Below are positions 1-9,493 of a stretch of DNA of 37,817 bases, piece by piece (within the stretch, counting starts at the first letter, position 1; every line of letters begins with the position of its first letter). Source of the DNA: Deltaproteobacteria bacterium (GTDB lineage Bacteria > Desulfobacterota > Anaeroferrophillalia > Anaeroferrophillales > Anaeroferrophillaceae); contig JAFDMG010000016.1 of assembly GCA_019306045.1 (NCBI GenBank), positions 1-37,817 on the forward strand, in the 5' to 3' direction. The notes beneath the pieces were generated by a model, which worked only from the letters and a program-made list of their open reading frames with translations, was not told the DNA's origin and did no database searches. A program made the position numbers and the translations under genes.

Positions 1-295
1 GTTCCAGCACGGCAGCCGCCAGGTGAAAGGGCACCGTCGGCAGCAGCCATTCCCGGTCGCTGTCCTCCCGGTGCAGCTGTCCGACGACGTAAGCCACGGC
101 ATCACGGGCCACAATCCTGTCTCCCAGCGCCGGGAAGCGGCCGCGCAATTCCCGCAGCTGTCGGGCGTCGTCTTCCACCACCCTGATCACCGCCCCGGGA
201 TTCCGGGCCAGCAGCCGCGCCACCGCCAGGCAGCCAAAATGACCGCCGCCGACCACGTGGTAGATGCCGGCCGTTGTTTCCCCGCCGCCAGCCAT
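1..295 (-). CDS. 5' part of a Rossmann-fold NAD/FAD-binding protein, running off the window edge
   Basis: Hand translation of the minus strand from the ATG at 295-293 gives MAGGGETTAGIYHVVGGGHFGCLAVARLLARNPGAVIRVVEDD..., with a glycine-rich dinucleotide-binding loop (GGGHFG). The start forms an ATGA start/stop overlap with the ispA stop. It is absent from the ORF track because there is no stop codon in the window. Confidence 0.35.
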   Translation of the reverse strand, partial: MAGGGETTAGIYHVVGGGHFGCLAVARLLARNPGAVIRVVEDDARQLRELRGRFPALGDRIVARDAVAYVVGQLHREDSDREWLLPTVPFHLAAAVLE

Positions 296-1217
296 CAATG
301 CCGCCTCTCCCTGATATAACGGGCCAGCTGCCGCAGCCGCTCGCCCCGGGTCCCGTAAACGGCCAGAGCCTCTTCGGCCTCCCCGATCAGCCCGGCCAGC
401 AGCTTCCCCGCTTCCTCCAGCCCCAACAGGCTGACGGCGGTCAGCTTGCGGTTTTCCCGGTCGGAACCGGCATCCTTGCCCAGCTGCCGGCTGGTGGCGG
501 TCTCATCGAGGATGTCGTCGGCCACCTGGAATGCCAGGCCGATGGCCTGGCCGTATTTTTCCAGGCGCTGCAGGTCTTCGTCGCCGGCGCCGGCCACCAG
601 GCCGCCGGCCACCACCGAGAAGGTGATCATCGCCCCGGTTTTCAGACGGTGCAGGGTAAAAAGCAGCTCCTGGGAACCGTCCGTCCGGGGGAACCGTCCG
701 TCCGGCCCTCGCTTTGCAAGTCAATGGCCTGACCGGCCACCATGCCCGCCGAACCGGCCGCCCGGGACAAGCCGGCCACCAGACGGCAGCGGCAGGCGGC
801 CGGCAGCTCCGCCGCCGCCAGCACGCCGAAGGCATCGGTCAGCAGGCCGTCCCCGGCTAGAATGGCCATGCCGTCGCCGTATACCCGGTGGTTGGTCGGC
901 TGACCCCGCCGGTAATGGTCGTCGTCCATGGCCGGCAGGTCGTCATGAATCAGGGAGTAGGTATGCACCATTTCGATGGCCAGCGCCACCGGCAGGGCCG
1001 GGGCCGCATCATCGGCAAACAGCCGGCAGGCGCCCAGGACCAGCAGGGGCCGCAGCCGCTTGCCGCCGGCAAACAGGCTGTAGCGCATGGCTTCCCGCAA
1101 GACGGCAATGCCGGCTTCAGGGCCGGCCGCCGGCTCGGCGGCGGCAAAACGCTGCCGCAGGTAGGCCTCGAACCGGGCGGCTTCCTCCTCCAGGTAGGTC
1201 TTGAAATCGGCCGTCAT
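295..1217 (-). pseudogene. ispA: Farnesyl/geranylgeranyl diphosphate synthase (IspA family), frame-disrupted as assembled
   Basis: ORF 642..1307 carries the N-terminal part, with the likely start MTADFK at 1217 and the first Asp-rich motif LIHDDLPAMDD. ORF 295..630 carries the C-terminal part, with the second Asp-rich motif FQVADDILD. The two frames join cleanly if one copy of the 17-bp duplication at 672-705 is removed, restoring ...EGRTDGSQELLFTLHRLKTGAMITFSVVAGG. The gene sits in the xseB-ispA arrangement. Confidence 0.85.
672..705. repeat. Perfect 17-bp tandem duplication (gggaaccgtccgtccgg x2) inside ispA
   Basis: Read directly from the sequence: 672-688 and 689-705 are identical. 17 is not a multiple of 3, so the duplication shifts the frame. 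Confidence 0.95.
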
Positions 1218-1219
1218 TT

Positions 1220-1435
1220 TCAGGAAAAATCTTCCAGCCGCTCGCCGTCGGCATCGCTGATCAACATCTGGACCTTCCGTTCCACCTCGTCCAGCCGCTG
1301 GCTGCACTGGCGCACCAGGCTGATCCCCTGTTCAAAAAGTTTCAGCGACTGGTCCAGGGACAGCTCGCCGCTTTCCAGCCGGGCCACCACTTCTTCCAGT
1401 TTTTTCAGTGCCGTTTCAAAACTTTGCTTGGCCAT
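1220..1435 (-). CDS. xseB: Exodeoxyribonuclease VII small subunit
   Basis: A 71-aa helical protein (MAKQSFETALKKLEEVVARLESGELSLDQSLKLFEQG...), a typical XseB signature. It lies immediately upstream of ispA. Confidence 0.9.
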   Translation of the reverse strand: MAKQSFETALKKLEEVVARLESGELSLDQSLKLFEQGISLVRQCSQRLDEVERKVQMLISDADGERLEDFS

Positions 1436-1438
1436 GAT

Positions 1439-2362
1439 TCAGTTCTCCGCCGCCGGCACCAGCAGCCGGCTCTCCTTGATGAATGCCAGGGGATCGACAA
1501 AAATCCCGTTGATCTTGATGCCCCAGTGCAGGTGCGGCCCGGTCACCCGGCCGGTGCTGCCCACGTAGCCGATCACCTGCCCCCGGCGCACCTGTTCGCC
1601 GTCCCGGACGCTGATTTTACTCAGGTGCAGGTAGAGGGAAAAGATATCCAGGCCATGGTCGATGATCACTGCGTTGCCGCTGTAATACAAGCTGCCGGCC
1701 AGGGCCACCCGGCCGGCGGCGCTGGCTTTCACCGGCACCCCGGTCCGGCCCCGCAGATCGATGCCGCCGTGGGGGCTTTTCGGCTGGCCGTTCAGGAAGC
1801 GCCGGCGGCCAAAGGGCGTGATGATCCGGCTCTCCAGGGGCATGATGAACGGCCGGTTAAAAAGGACCGCGGACCCAGAGGAACCATAGACGCGCCGCAG
1901 CAGCTGCCGATCGCGGCGAATCTGCCGCAAATGGCTTTTCTGCTTCGGGGATACCATCTCCGGCGGCAAGGTCAGGTGTTCCTCGTCGTAGTTGCCGGCA
2001 CGCACCGTCAACACCGCCGCCGTTTCCCGCCGTTCTCCCCAGGCAATCTCCACGCCGCGGCGGCCGGGGGCGGCCGCCAGCGGCACCGCCAGCACCGCCT
2101 TGTAGACCCCGCCCGCCGGGGCCAGCCTGTACCGCCGGCCAAGGAAAAAAAGCCCGGTCGGCGGCCGCTCGCTCCCGCTGACGGTCACCACCACCGCCTC
2201 CCCCTGCCGGGGGACCGCGGGTTCACAGGTCACCCGCAACTTTTTTCCCCCGGCGGCCGCTGAACCGGCGGCCGGCAGGGCCGGAGCCAACAAAACGGCC
2301 AGCAGCAGCAAAAAAAAGCCCGGCCGCCAACGCCGGCCCGCCGGTTTATTGCTGGTCAACAT
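1439..2362 (-). CDS. M23 family metallopeptidase (LytM/NlpD-like) with N-terminal signal/anchor
   Basis: The C-terminal domain has HGGIDLRG...GNAVIIDHG...YLHLS...GSTGRVTGPHLHW motifs. The likely start is MLTSNK at 2362, preceded by GGAGGTGG, which gives a 17-nt overlap with the xseA end. Confidence 0.85.
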   Translation of the reverse strand: MLTSNKPAGRRWRPGFFLLLLAVLLAPALPAAGSAAAGGKKLRVTCEPAVPRQGEAVVVTVSGSERPPTGLFFLGRRYRLAPAGGVYKAVLAVPLAAAPGRRGVEIAWGERRETAAVLTVRAGNYDEEHLTLPPEMVSPKQKSHLRQIRRDRQLLRRVYGSSGSAVLFNRPFIMPLESRIITPFGRRRFLNGQPKSPHGGIDLRGRTGVPVKASAAGRVALAGSLYYSGNAVIIDHGLDIFSLYLHLSKISVRDGEQVRRGQVIGYVGSTGRVTGPHLHWGIKINGIFVDPLAFIKESRLLVPAAEN

Positions 2363-3725
2363 CCACCTCCTCCACCCGGCAGGCGGCCCGCCCCCGGGCA
2401 AACGTCGCCCGCACCCGGTCGCCGGCCGACAGCACCGCCGCGTCGCTTACCACCTCCCCGGCCGGCAGCCGGGTTACCACCGCGTAACCCCGCCGCAGCA
2501 CCGCCAGGGGATTGCAGGCCGCCAGTTTTCCTGCCGGCAGTTCGAGGGCGTGGCGCCCGGCCTCCTGCCGGCGGACCATGCCCTGGCGCAGCCGCCGCTG
2601 GAAAAAAGCCAGCTGCTGGCGGCTGTTCGCCAGCCGGGCCGTCGGGGAATGGGCCGCCAGTCGGGCCGCCGCCAGCTCCAGCCGCCGGCGGGTGCGGTTT
2701 ACCCGGCCGGTCATGGCGGTGCTGAACCGGAAGCCCAGCTCGTCCACCCGCTGCCGCCAGCGCTGATAGATGACCTCCGGCCGGGCCAGACGGGCCTCGC
2801 AAAGCCGCAGGCGATGCCCAGCGGCCGCCAGCCGCTGCCGGATTGCCTGTTCCAGGCGCTGTTTCAGGCCGGCCAGCCGTTCCTCGAGCTCTTCCCGTTT
2901 GGCAACCACCAGCTCGGCGGCGGCCGACGGGGTCGGCGCCCGGAGATCGGCAACAAAATCGGCGATGGTGAAATCAACCTCGTGGCCGACGGCGCTGATC
3001 ACCGGCAGGCGGGAGGCGAAAATCTCCCGGGCCAGGGTTTCGTCGTTGAACGGCGCCAAATCCTCCCAGGAACCGCCGCCCCGGGCCAGGATGACGACAT
3101 CGGCCCGGCCGGCGAATTTCTCGTTGGCCAGGCGCAGGGCCCGCACCAGTTCCGCCGCCGCGCCGCTGCCCTGAACGGTGGCGGGAATCAGGGTGATGGT
3201 CAGGCCGGCGAAACGCCGCCGGACCACCTGGAGAATGTCACGGATGGCCGCTCCGGTGGCCGAGGTGATGACCACCACGTGGCGGGGCAGCAAAGGGATC
3301 GGCTTTTTCCTCTCCTCGGCAAACAGCCCCTCGGCGGCCAGTCTGGCCTTCAGCTCCTCGAAAGCCCGCAGCAGGGCGCCGAGACCCTTCAACTCCAGGC
3401 TGTCGACGATCACCTGGTATTCCCCCCGGGGTTCGTAGAGGCTCACTTTCCCCAGGCAGAGAACGCGGTCGCCGTCCGCAGGAGTGAAACCGAGACTGCT
3501 GTTCCGGTGCCGGAACATCACCGCCCGGATCTGGGATTCGTCGTCCTTGAGGGTAAAATAAAAATGGCCGGACTGGGGCCGGCGGAAATTGGAAATCTCC
3601 CCCTCCACCCAGATAGAGGAAAAATTATCCTCTAAAATCAGGCGGATATCGCGGTTCAGCTGGCTTACCGTATAGATGTAAAGGTCGTCAAACACCCTGC
3701 TTTCTCCCCTGCGGTTCCATAACAT
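2346..3725 (-). CDS. xseA: Exodeoxyribonuclease VII large subunit
   Basis: 459 aa. The N-terminal OB-fold signature is YTVSQLNRDIRLILEDNFSSIWVEGEISNFRRPQSGHFYFTLKD, and the C-terminus is a long Arg/Ala-rich helical region. Confidence 0.9.
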   Translation of the reverse strand: MLWNRRGESRVFDDLYIYTVSQLNRDIRLILEDNFSSIWVEGEISNFRRPQSGHFYFTLKDDESQIRAVMFRHRNSSLGFTPADGDRVLCLGKVSLYEPRGEYQVIVDSLELKGLGALLRAFEELKARLAAEGLFAEERKKPIPLLPRHVVVITSATGAAIRDILQVVRRRFAGLTITLIPATVQGSGAAAELVRALRLANEKFAGRADVVILARGGGSWEDLAPFNDETLAREIFASRLPVISAVGHEVDFTIADFVADLRAPTPSAAAELVVAKREELEERLAGLKQRLEQAIRQRLAAAGHRLRLCEARLARPEVIYQRWRQRVDELGFRFSTAMTGRVNRTRRRLELAAARLAAHSPTARLANSRQQLAFFQRRLRQGMVRRQEAGRHALELPAGKLAACNPLAVLRRGYAVVTRLPAGEVVSDAAVLSAGDRVRATFARGRAACRVEEVDVDQQ

Positions 3726-3877
3726 CCGGCGGTGATTTTGTCAAAGGCAGCCGCCGGGCCCGGCGGACAGGCGGCAGCCGGCGGCACTCCCGTCCGGCCC
3801 GGACTGCCCGGAGAAACCGGGCCGCCAGATCGCCGGCCGTTTTTTTTTCGCCGGCAAAATTTATGCCGCTATTTTTC

Positions 3878-3906
3878 TTGAATAATTACTAAGGTTTTGC
3901 TATGTC
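3878..3906 (+). promoter_or_regulatory. Candidate sigma70-type promoter for the mre operon
   Basis: TTGAAT (3878-3883), a 17-nt spacer, then TATGTC (3901-3906). An A/T-rich stretch and a T9 run lie upstream, and the site is about 90 nt before the mreB ATG. Pattern match only. Confidence 0.3.
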
Positions 3907-3974
3907 TATCCGAACATCAACCCAGGGAAGGTGACGTTGTTTTGCCGCTGCCTTTCCCCTGACCCTTAACCTGA

Positions 3975-5033
<1,059 letters not shown>

Positions 5034-5096
5034 TCTGTTCACCCGCGGCCGCGGGCGGGCAGCCGGCGGCCGCCGGTTCACGGCGGCAAGAGACCG

Positions 5097-5934
5097 ATGA
5101 TTGCTTTCACCAAAAGATACCAGCTGCTGATCTACCTCCTGGTGATTTTCCTGGTCGCCACCGTCTTTTTCAGCCTCAAGACCCGGCAGCGGCATTTTTT
5201 CAGCCTGCTGGAGCAGGGAGTGCTGGCCGCCGCCTATCCTTTTCAGAAGGGGATCGACCTGGTTGTCGACAAGGGCAACGCCATTATCGACAGCTACGTC
5301 AACCTGCTGCACGTCAAGGAGGAAAACCGCATCCTGAAAAACCGGATCGCCAACCTGGAAAGGAAGCTGATCGGCTACGAAGAGGACCGGCGCCAAGTCC
5401 GGCAGCTGCAAGCTGCTCAACTTCAAGGAAAGCCACCAGCTGATTCCCCAGGTCACCTTCGCCAACGTCATCGGCCAGGACAACGGCAGCTTTTCCCGCC
5501 TGCTGTTCATCGACCGCGGCTCCCGGGACCGGATCGAAAGATACGCCCCGGTTTTCACCCCCAACGGCATCGCCGGCCGGGTGATCAGCCTTTCCCCCTT
5601 CTCGGCCAAGGTCATGCTGATCACTGACCGCCACAGCGCCTGTGACGTCATGATCCAGCGCACCCGGGAACGGGGCATTCTCCAGGGCGAGAACCGGGAG
5701 CTCTGCCGCCTCAACTACCTCCTGCAGTCGTCCCAGGTCAGGGCCGGGGATGTGGTCGTCACCTCGGGCATGGACGGCGTTTTCCCCAAGGGCATGCCGG
5801 TGGGCACCGTGGTCGCCGTCCGCAAGCAGTCCAACAGCCTGAGCCAGGTGGTCATGGTCCAGCCCTTTGCCGACCTGAAGCAGATGGAAGAGGTCCTGGT
5901 GGGCGCCACCGCCGCGGCCGCCCAACCGCACTGA
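5097..5934 (+). pseudogene. mreC: Rod shape-determining protein MreC, frameshifted as assembled
   Basis: ORF 5097..5627 reads as MreC (TM segment plus coiled coil ...VKEENRILKNRIANLERKL...) only up to about 5405. The next frame then reads KLLNFKESHQLIPQVTFANVIGQDNGSFSRLLFIDRGSRDRIERYAPVFTPNGIAGRVISLSPFSAKVMLITD and continues as ORF 5581..5934 to the MreC C-terminus. Confidence 0.8.
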
Positions 5935-5938
5935 ACCC

Positions 5939-6460
5939 ATGAAAAGCCGACTACTTCTGATCGCGGGATTGTACCTGGCTGCCGGCCTGCTGGCCGTGGT
6001 CCTGCAAACCAGCCTTTTTCCCCGGCTGGGGCTGACCACCATGGCGCCCGGCCTGTCGTTCATTCTCATCGTTTCCCTGCCGACCATCTTTCCCGTCTGG
6101 CTGGGAACCCTGCTGGCCATCACCCTCGGCCTGCTTACCGATATAGTCCTGCTGGCCGGCAGCAGCTTTCACGCCTGCGGTTTCCTGGTCCTTTTCTACC
6201 TGCTGGTCTATCTCCGGCAAACCATCTTTTTCGACCGCCTGCCTTACCAGGCATTGATGGCCGGCCTGGCCCAGCTTGTCCTCTTCGTCGGCGTCCAGCT
6301 GTTCACTGCCGGCCCCGACGCCGCCTACCGGGAAATCAACCTCTTCCAGGGCTTCTGTTCGGCCCTGGTCACCGGCCTGGTTGCCGTCCCGGTGCTGTAC
6401 GGCCTGCGGCCCCTGAGCCGGCTGACCGCCAGGCACCCCAAGCTGGCCACCTCCCCGTAG
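5939..6460 (+). CDS. mreD: Rod shape-determining protein MreD
   Basis: A 173-aa polytopic hydrophobic protein located directly after mreC and before mrdA. The call rests on position and composition. Confidence 0.7.
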   Translation: MKSRLLLIAGLYLAAGLLAVVLQTSLFPRLGLTTMAPGLSFILIVSLPTIFPVWLGTLLAITLGLLTDIVLLAGSSFHACGFLVLFYLLVYLRQTIFFDRLPYQALMAGLAQLVLFVGVQLFTAGPDAAYREINLFQGFCSALVTGLVAVPVLYGLRPLSRLTARHPKLATSP

Positions 6461-6533
6461 TAAAAACCGCCTAATCCAGGTTGTCTTGAAGAGAAATCCG
6501 GCCGCCGCCGGGCGGGCGCAGGAAGGTTGATTG

Positions 6534-8369
6534 ATGTCGGTTGCCGATCAGAAAGCCAAGCAGGAACAGGGCAGCAGGAATGCCCGGCTGCTGTTCCTGG
6601 TGATCGTACTGGCCGGGGCCATCCTCCTGGTCCGCCTCTGGTACCTGCAGATCCTGCGGGGGGAATATTTCAACCGGCTGGCTAAGAACAATCACATCCG
6701 GGTGCGGCGCATCCGGGCCCTGCGGGGCGTCATTTACGACCGCCACCGGAAAATCCTCGCCGACAATCACCTGGGCTTCAACCTCAGCATCATCCCGGAA
6801 AACATCAGCGACATTGAGGGCCTGGCGCGGGAACTGGTCCGTTACCTTCCCGACCTGGACCCGGCGGCCATCGTCAACAAGTTCAAACAGGTGCCGTCCT
6901 ATCTTCAGTACCGCCCCCTGAAGGTCAAGAACAACCTCACCCGGGACGAACTGGCCCTCCTGGAAGCCCACAAGCCGGACCTGCCCGGCATCCTGATCGA
7001 GACCGAGGCGGTGCGCCACTACCCCTTCGACCTGGAGTGCTCCCACCTCATCGGCTACCTGGGCTACATCAACGAACGGGAGCTGCAGCAGCCGGCTTAC
7101 GAAGCCTACTACCCCGACGACCTGGTGGGCCGCTCGGGCATCGAAGCCCGCTTCGAGGACCTGCTGCGGGGCACCGACGGCAAGCGGCAGGTGGAGGTCA
7201 ACGCCCTGGGACGCGAACTCCATTCCCACGTCATCCGGGAGGCCCTGCCCGGCGACAACCTGGTGCTCACCATCGACATCGACCTGCAGTCCTGCCTCTA
7301 CGACCTGCTCAAGGACAAGGTCGGCAGCGCCGTGGCCGTCGACCCCCACACCGGCGACATCCTGGCCATGGTCAGCACCCCTTCCTTTTCCAACAACATG
7401 TTCGCCACCCGCATCAGCCGCGCCGACTGGCAGGCCATCAACAGCGACCCGCTGAAGCCGCTGCAGAACCGGGCCATCCAGGGGCAGTATCCCCCCGGCT
7501 CCACCTTCAAGGTGATCATGGCCGCCGCCGCCCTGGAAGACCAGGTGGTGACGCCGGCCACCAGGTTTTTCTGCAGCGGCGTCTACCGCCTCGGCAACGC
7601 CAGGTTCCGCTGCTGGAACAAGTACGGCCACGGGGAGGTCAACCTGAGCCGCTCCCTGAAGGAATCTTGCGACGTTTACTACTACAACCTGGGCAGCCAG
7701 ATGTCCATCGACCGGATCGCCCACTACTGTTCCCTCTTCGGCCTCGGCAAAAAAAGCGGCATCAGCCTGGCCCAGGAGAAACCGGGCTTCATCCCCACCT
7801 CCTCCTGGAAGCTGAAGCGCTTCCACGACCAATGGTACCGGGGGGAAACCCTGTCGGTGGCCATCGGCCAGGGGTTCGTCCTCGCCACCCCCCTGCAGAT
7901 GGCCCTGGCCTACGTGCCGATCGCCAACGGCGGTTCCTACTTCCGGCCCCGGCTGGTAAAATACGTCGAAGACCGGGTGAACCGGCAGCAGCGGGCCATC
8001 GAACCGGCCGGCCGCCGGCTGCCGATCAAAAGCAACCACCTGGAGCTGATCCGCCAGGGCCTCTGGCGGGTGGTCAACGAGCCGCACGGCACCGCCTACC
8101 GGATGCGGGTCACCGGCACCGGCTGGGAGATGGCCGGCAAAACCGGCACCGCCCAGGTGGTCAACCAGCCGGGCCCCCGGCCGAAAAAAGGCGAGGAAAT
8201 CCCCTGGAAATACCGCGATCACGGCTGGTTCGTCGCCTTCGCCCCTTTCCGGGACCCGAAAATCGTCATCTCGGTGCTGGTGGAACACGGCGGCCACGGC
8301 GGCAGCGCCGCCGCTCCCATCGCCCGGGAGGCCATCATCTACTACCTGCAGAACCTGGAGGAGCAGTAA
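6534..8369 (+). CDS. mrdA: Penicillin-binding protein 2 (elongasome transpeptidase)
   Basis: About 611 aa with an N-terminal TM segment, SxxK (GSTFK) and KTGTAQ motifs. The ATG at 6534 follows GGAAGG; the ORF track starts at a TTG at 6531. Gene order is mreBCD-mrdA-rodA. Confidence 0.9.
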   Translation: MSVADQKAKQEQGSRNARLLFLVIVLAGAILLVRLWYLQILRGEYFNRLAKNNHIRVRRIRALRGVIYDRHRKILADNHLGFNLSIIPENISDIEGLARELVRYLPDLDPAAIVNKFKQVPSYLQYRPLKVKNNLTRDELALLEAHKPDLPGILIETEAVRHYPFDLECSHLIGYLGYINERELQQPAYEAYYPDDLVGRSGIEARFEDLLRGTDGKRQVEVNALGRELHSHVIREALPGDNLVLTIDIDLQSCLYDLLKDKVGSAVAVDPHTGDILAMVSTPSFSNNMFATRISRADWQAINSDPLKPLQNRAIQGQYPPGSTFKVIMAAAALEDQVVTPATRFFCSGVYRLGNARFRCWNKYGHGEVNLSRSLKESCDVYYYNLGSQMSIDRIAHYCSLFGLGKKSGISLAQEKPGFIPTSSWKLKRFHDQWYRGETLSVAIGQGFVLATPLQMALAYVPIANGGSYFRPRLVKYVEDRVNRQQRAIEPAGRRLPIKSNHLELIRQGLWRVVNEPHGTAYRMRVTGTGWEMAGKTGTAQVVNQPGPRPKKGEEIPWKYRDHGWFVAFAPFRDPKIVISVLVEHGGHGGSAAAPIAREAIIYYLQNLEEQ

Positions 8370-8376
8370 GCTACCC

Positions 8377-9486
8377 ATGCAGCAGCTCGGCCGCAAAAAA
8401 GTCAGTCGCCTGGATTTCATCCTGCCGACGATCAGCCTGATCCTTTTCCTCATCGGCATGCTGACCATCTACAGCGCCACTTACAACCCGGTCACCGTTT
8501 CCTGGCTGACCCCCTACGGCAAGCGGCAGCTGCTCTGGTTCTGCCTCGGCCTGGTGGGCATGGGCGGCAGTTTCGCCATCGACTACCAGTTTTACCAGAA
8601 GGCCGCCTACCTGCTTTACGGCTTCACCATCATCCTGCTGGTGCTGGTGCTCCTGGTGGGCAAAACCAGCATGGGGGCCACCCGCTGGCTGACGGTGGGC
8701 GGCATTGCCTTCCAGCCGGCCGAACTCACCAAGCTGACCGTCGTGCTCGCCCTCTCCCGCTACCTGGCCGAACGGCGCCTGCCGCCGCCCTACAACCTGA
8801 AGGAACTGCTGGTGCCCTTTGCCCTGGTGGGCGTGCCCTTTCTCCTGGTGGTCAAGCAGCCGGACCTGGGCAGCGCCATGCTGATCTTCCTCATCTCCTT
8901 CGCGGTCATCTTCTACGCCGGCATCACCCGCAAAACCATGATCACCCTGGTGGCCGCCGGCATCTCGGTGGCCATGGCCGGCTGGCACTTTCTCCACGAC
9001 TACCAGCGCCAGCGCATCCTGACCTTCATCAATCCCGACCTCGACCCCCAGGGCACCGGCTACCACATCGCCCAGTCGAAGATCGCCATCGGCTCCGGCG
9101 GCATCTGGGGCAAAGGCTTCCTCAAGGGCACCCAGAACCTGCTGCACTTCCTGCCGGAGCAGCACACGGACTTCATTTTCGCCGTGTTCGCCGAGCAGTG
9201 GGGGTTCTGGGGCTCGCTGGTCCTCATCACTCTGTTCATCATTTTTCTTCTCCGGGGGCTGGCCATCAGCCAGGAGGCCAAGGATGCCTTCGGCAGCTAC
9301 CTGGCGGTCGGCATCACGGCAACTTTTTTCTGGCAAGTCTGGATAAATATCGGTATGGTGCTCGGACTGATGCCGGTGGTCGGCATTCCCCTGCCGCTGA
9401 TCAGCTACGGCGGCACCTCGCTGCTGACCTCGATGATCCTCATCGGCATCCTGCTGAACATCCATTTCCGCAAACAATACTTTTGA
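8377..9486 (+). CDS. rodA: SEDS-family peptidoglycan polymerase RodA
   Basis: A 369-aa polytopic membrane protein with the FtsW/RodA signature (...QSKIAIGSGGIWGKGFLKGTQ...PEQHTDFIFAV...). It follows mrdA. Confidence 0.9.
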   Translation: MQQLGRKKVSRLDFILPTISLILFLIGMLTIYSATYNPVTVSWLTPYGKRQLLWFCLGLVGMGGSFAIDYQFYQKAAYLLYGFTIILLVLVLLVGKTSMGATRWLTVGGIAFQPAELTKLTVVLALSRYLAERRLPPPYNLKELLVPFALVGVPFLLVVKQPDLGSAMLIFLISFAVIFYAGITRKTMITLVAAGISVAMAGWHFLHDYQRQRILTFINPDLDPQGTGYHIAQSKIAIGSGGIWGKGFLKGTQNLLHFLPEQHTDFIFAVFAEQWGFWGSLVLITLFIIFLLRGLAISQEAKDAFGSYLAVGITATFFWQVWINIGMVLGLMPVVGIPLPLISYGGTSLLTSMILIGILLNIHFRKQYF

Positions 9487-9493
9487 ACCGGCG

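Noticed and set aside
3820-3850. Hairpin plus T9 run on the plus strand upstream of mreB, which looks like an orphan terminator.
   Set aside because: No plus-strand gene or obvious RNA lies upstream. The stem is only about 5 bp. The T-run is more simply part of the A/T-rich upstream region of the mre promoter.
5394-5418. Programmed ribosomal frameshifting as the explanation for the mreC split, and likewise for the TPR gene at about 22045.
   Set aside because: No slippery heptamer, in-frame stop-stimulated shift site or downstream pseudoknot-like element was evident. No such mechanism is known for these families. An indel is the simpler explanation.
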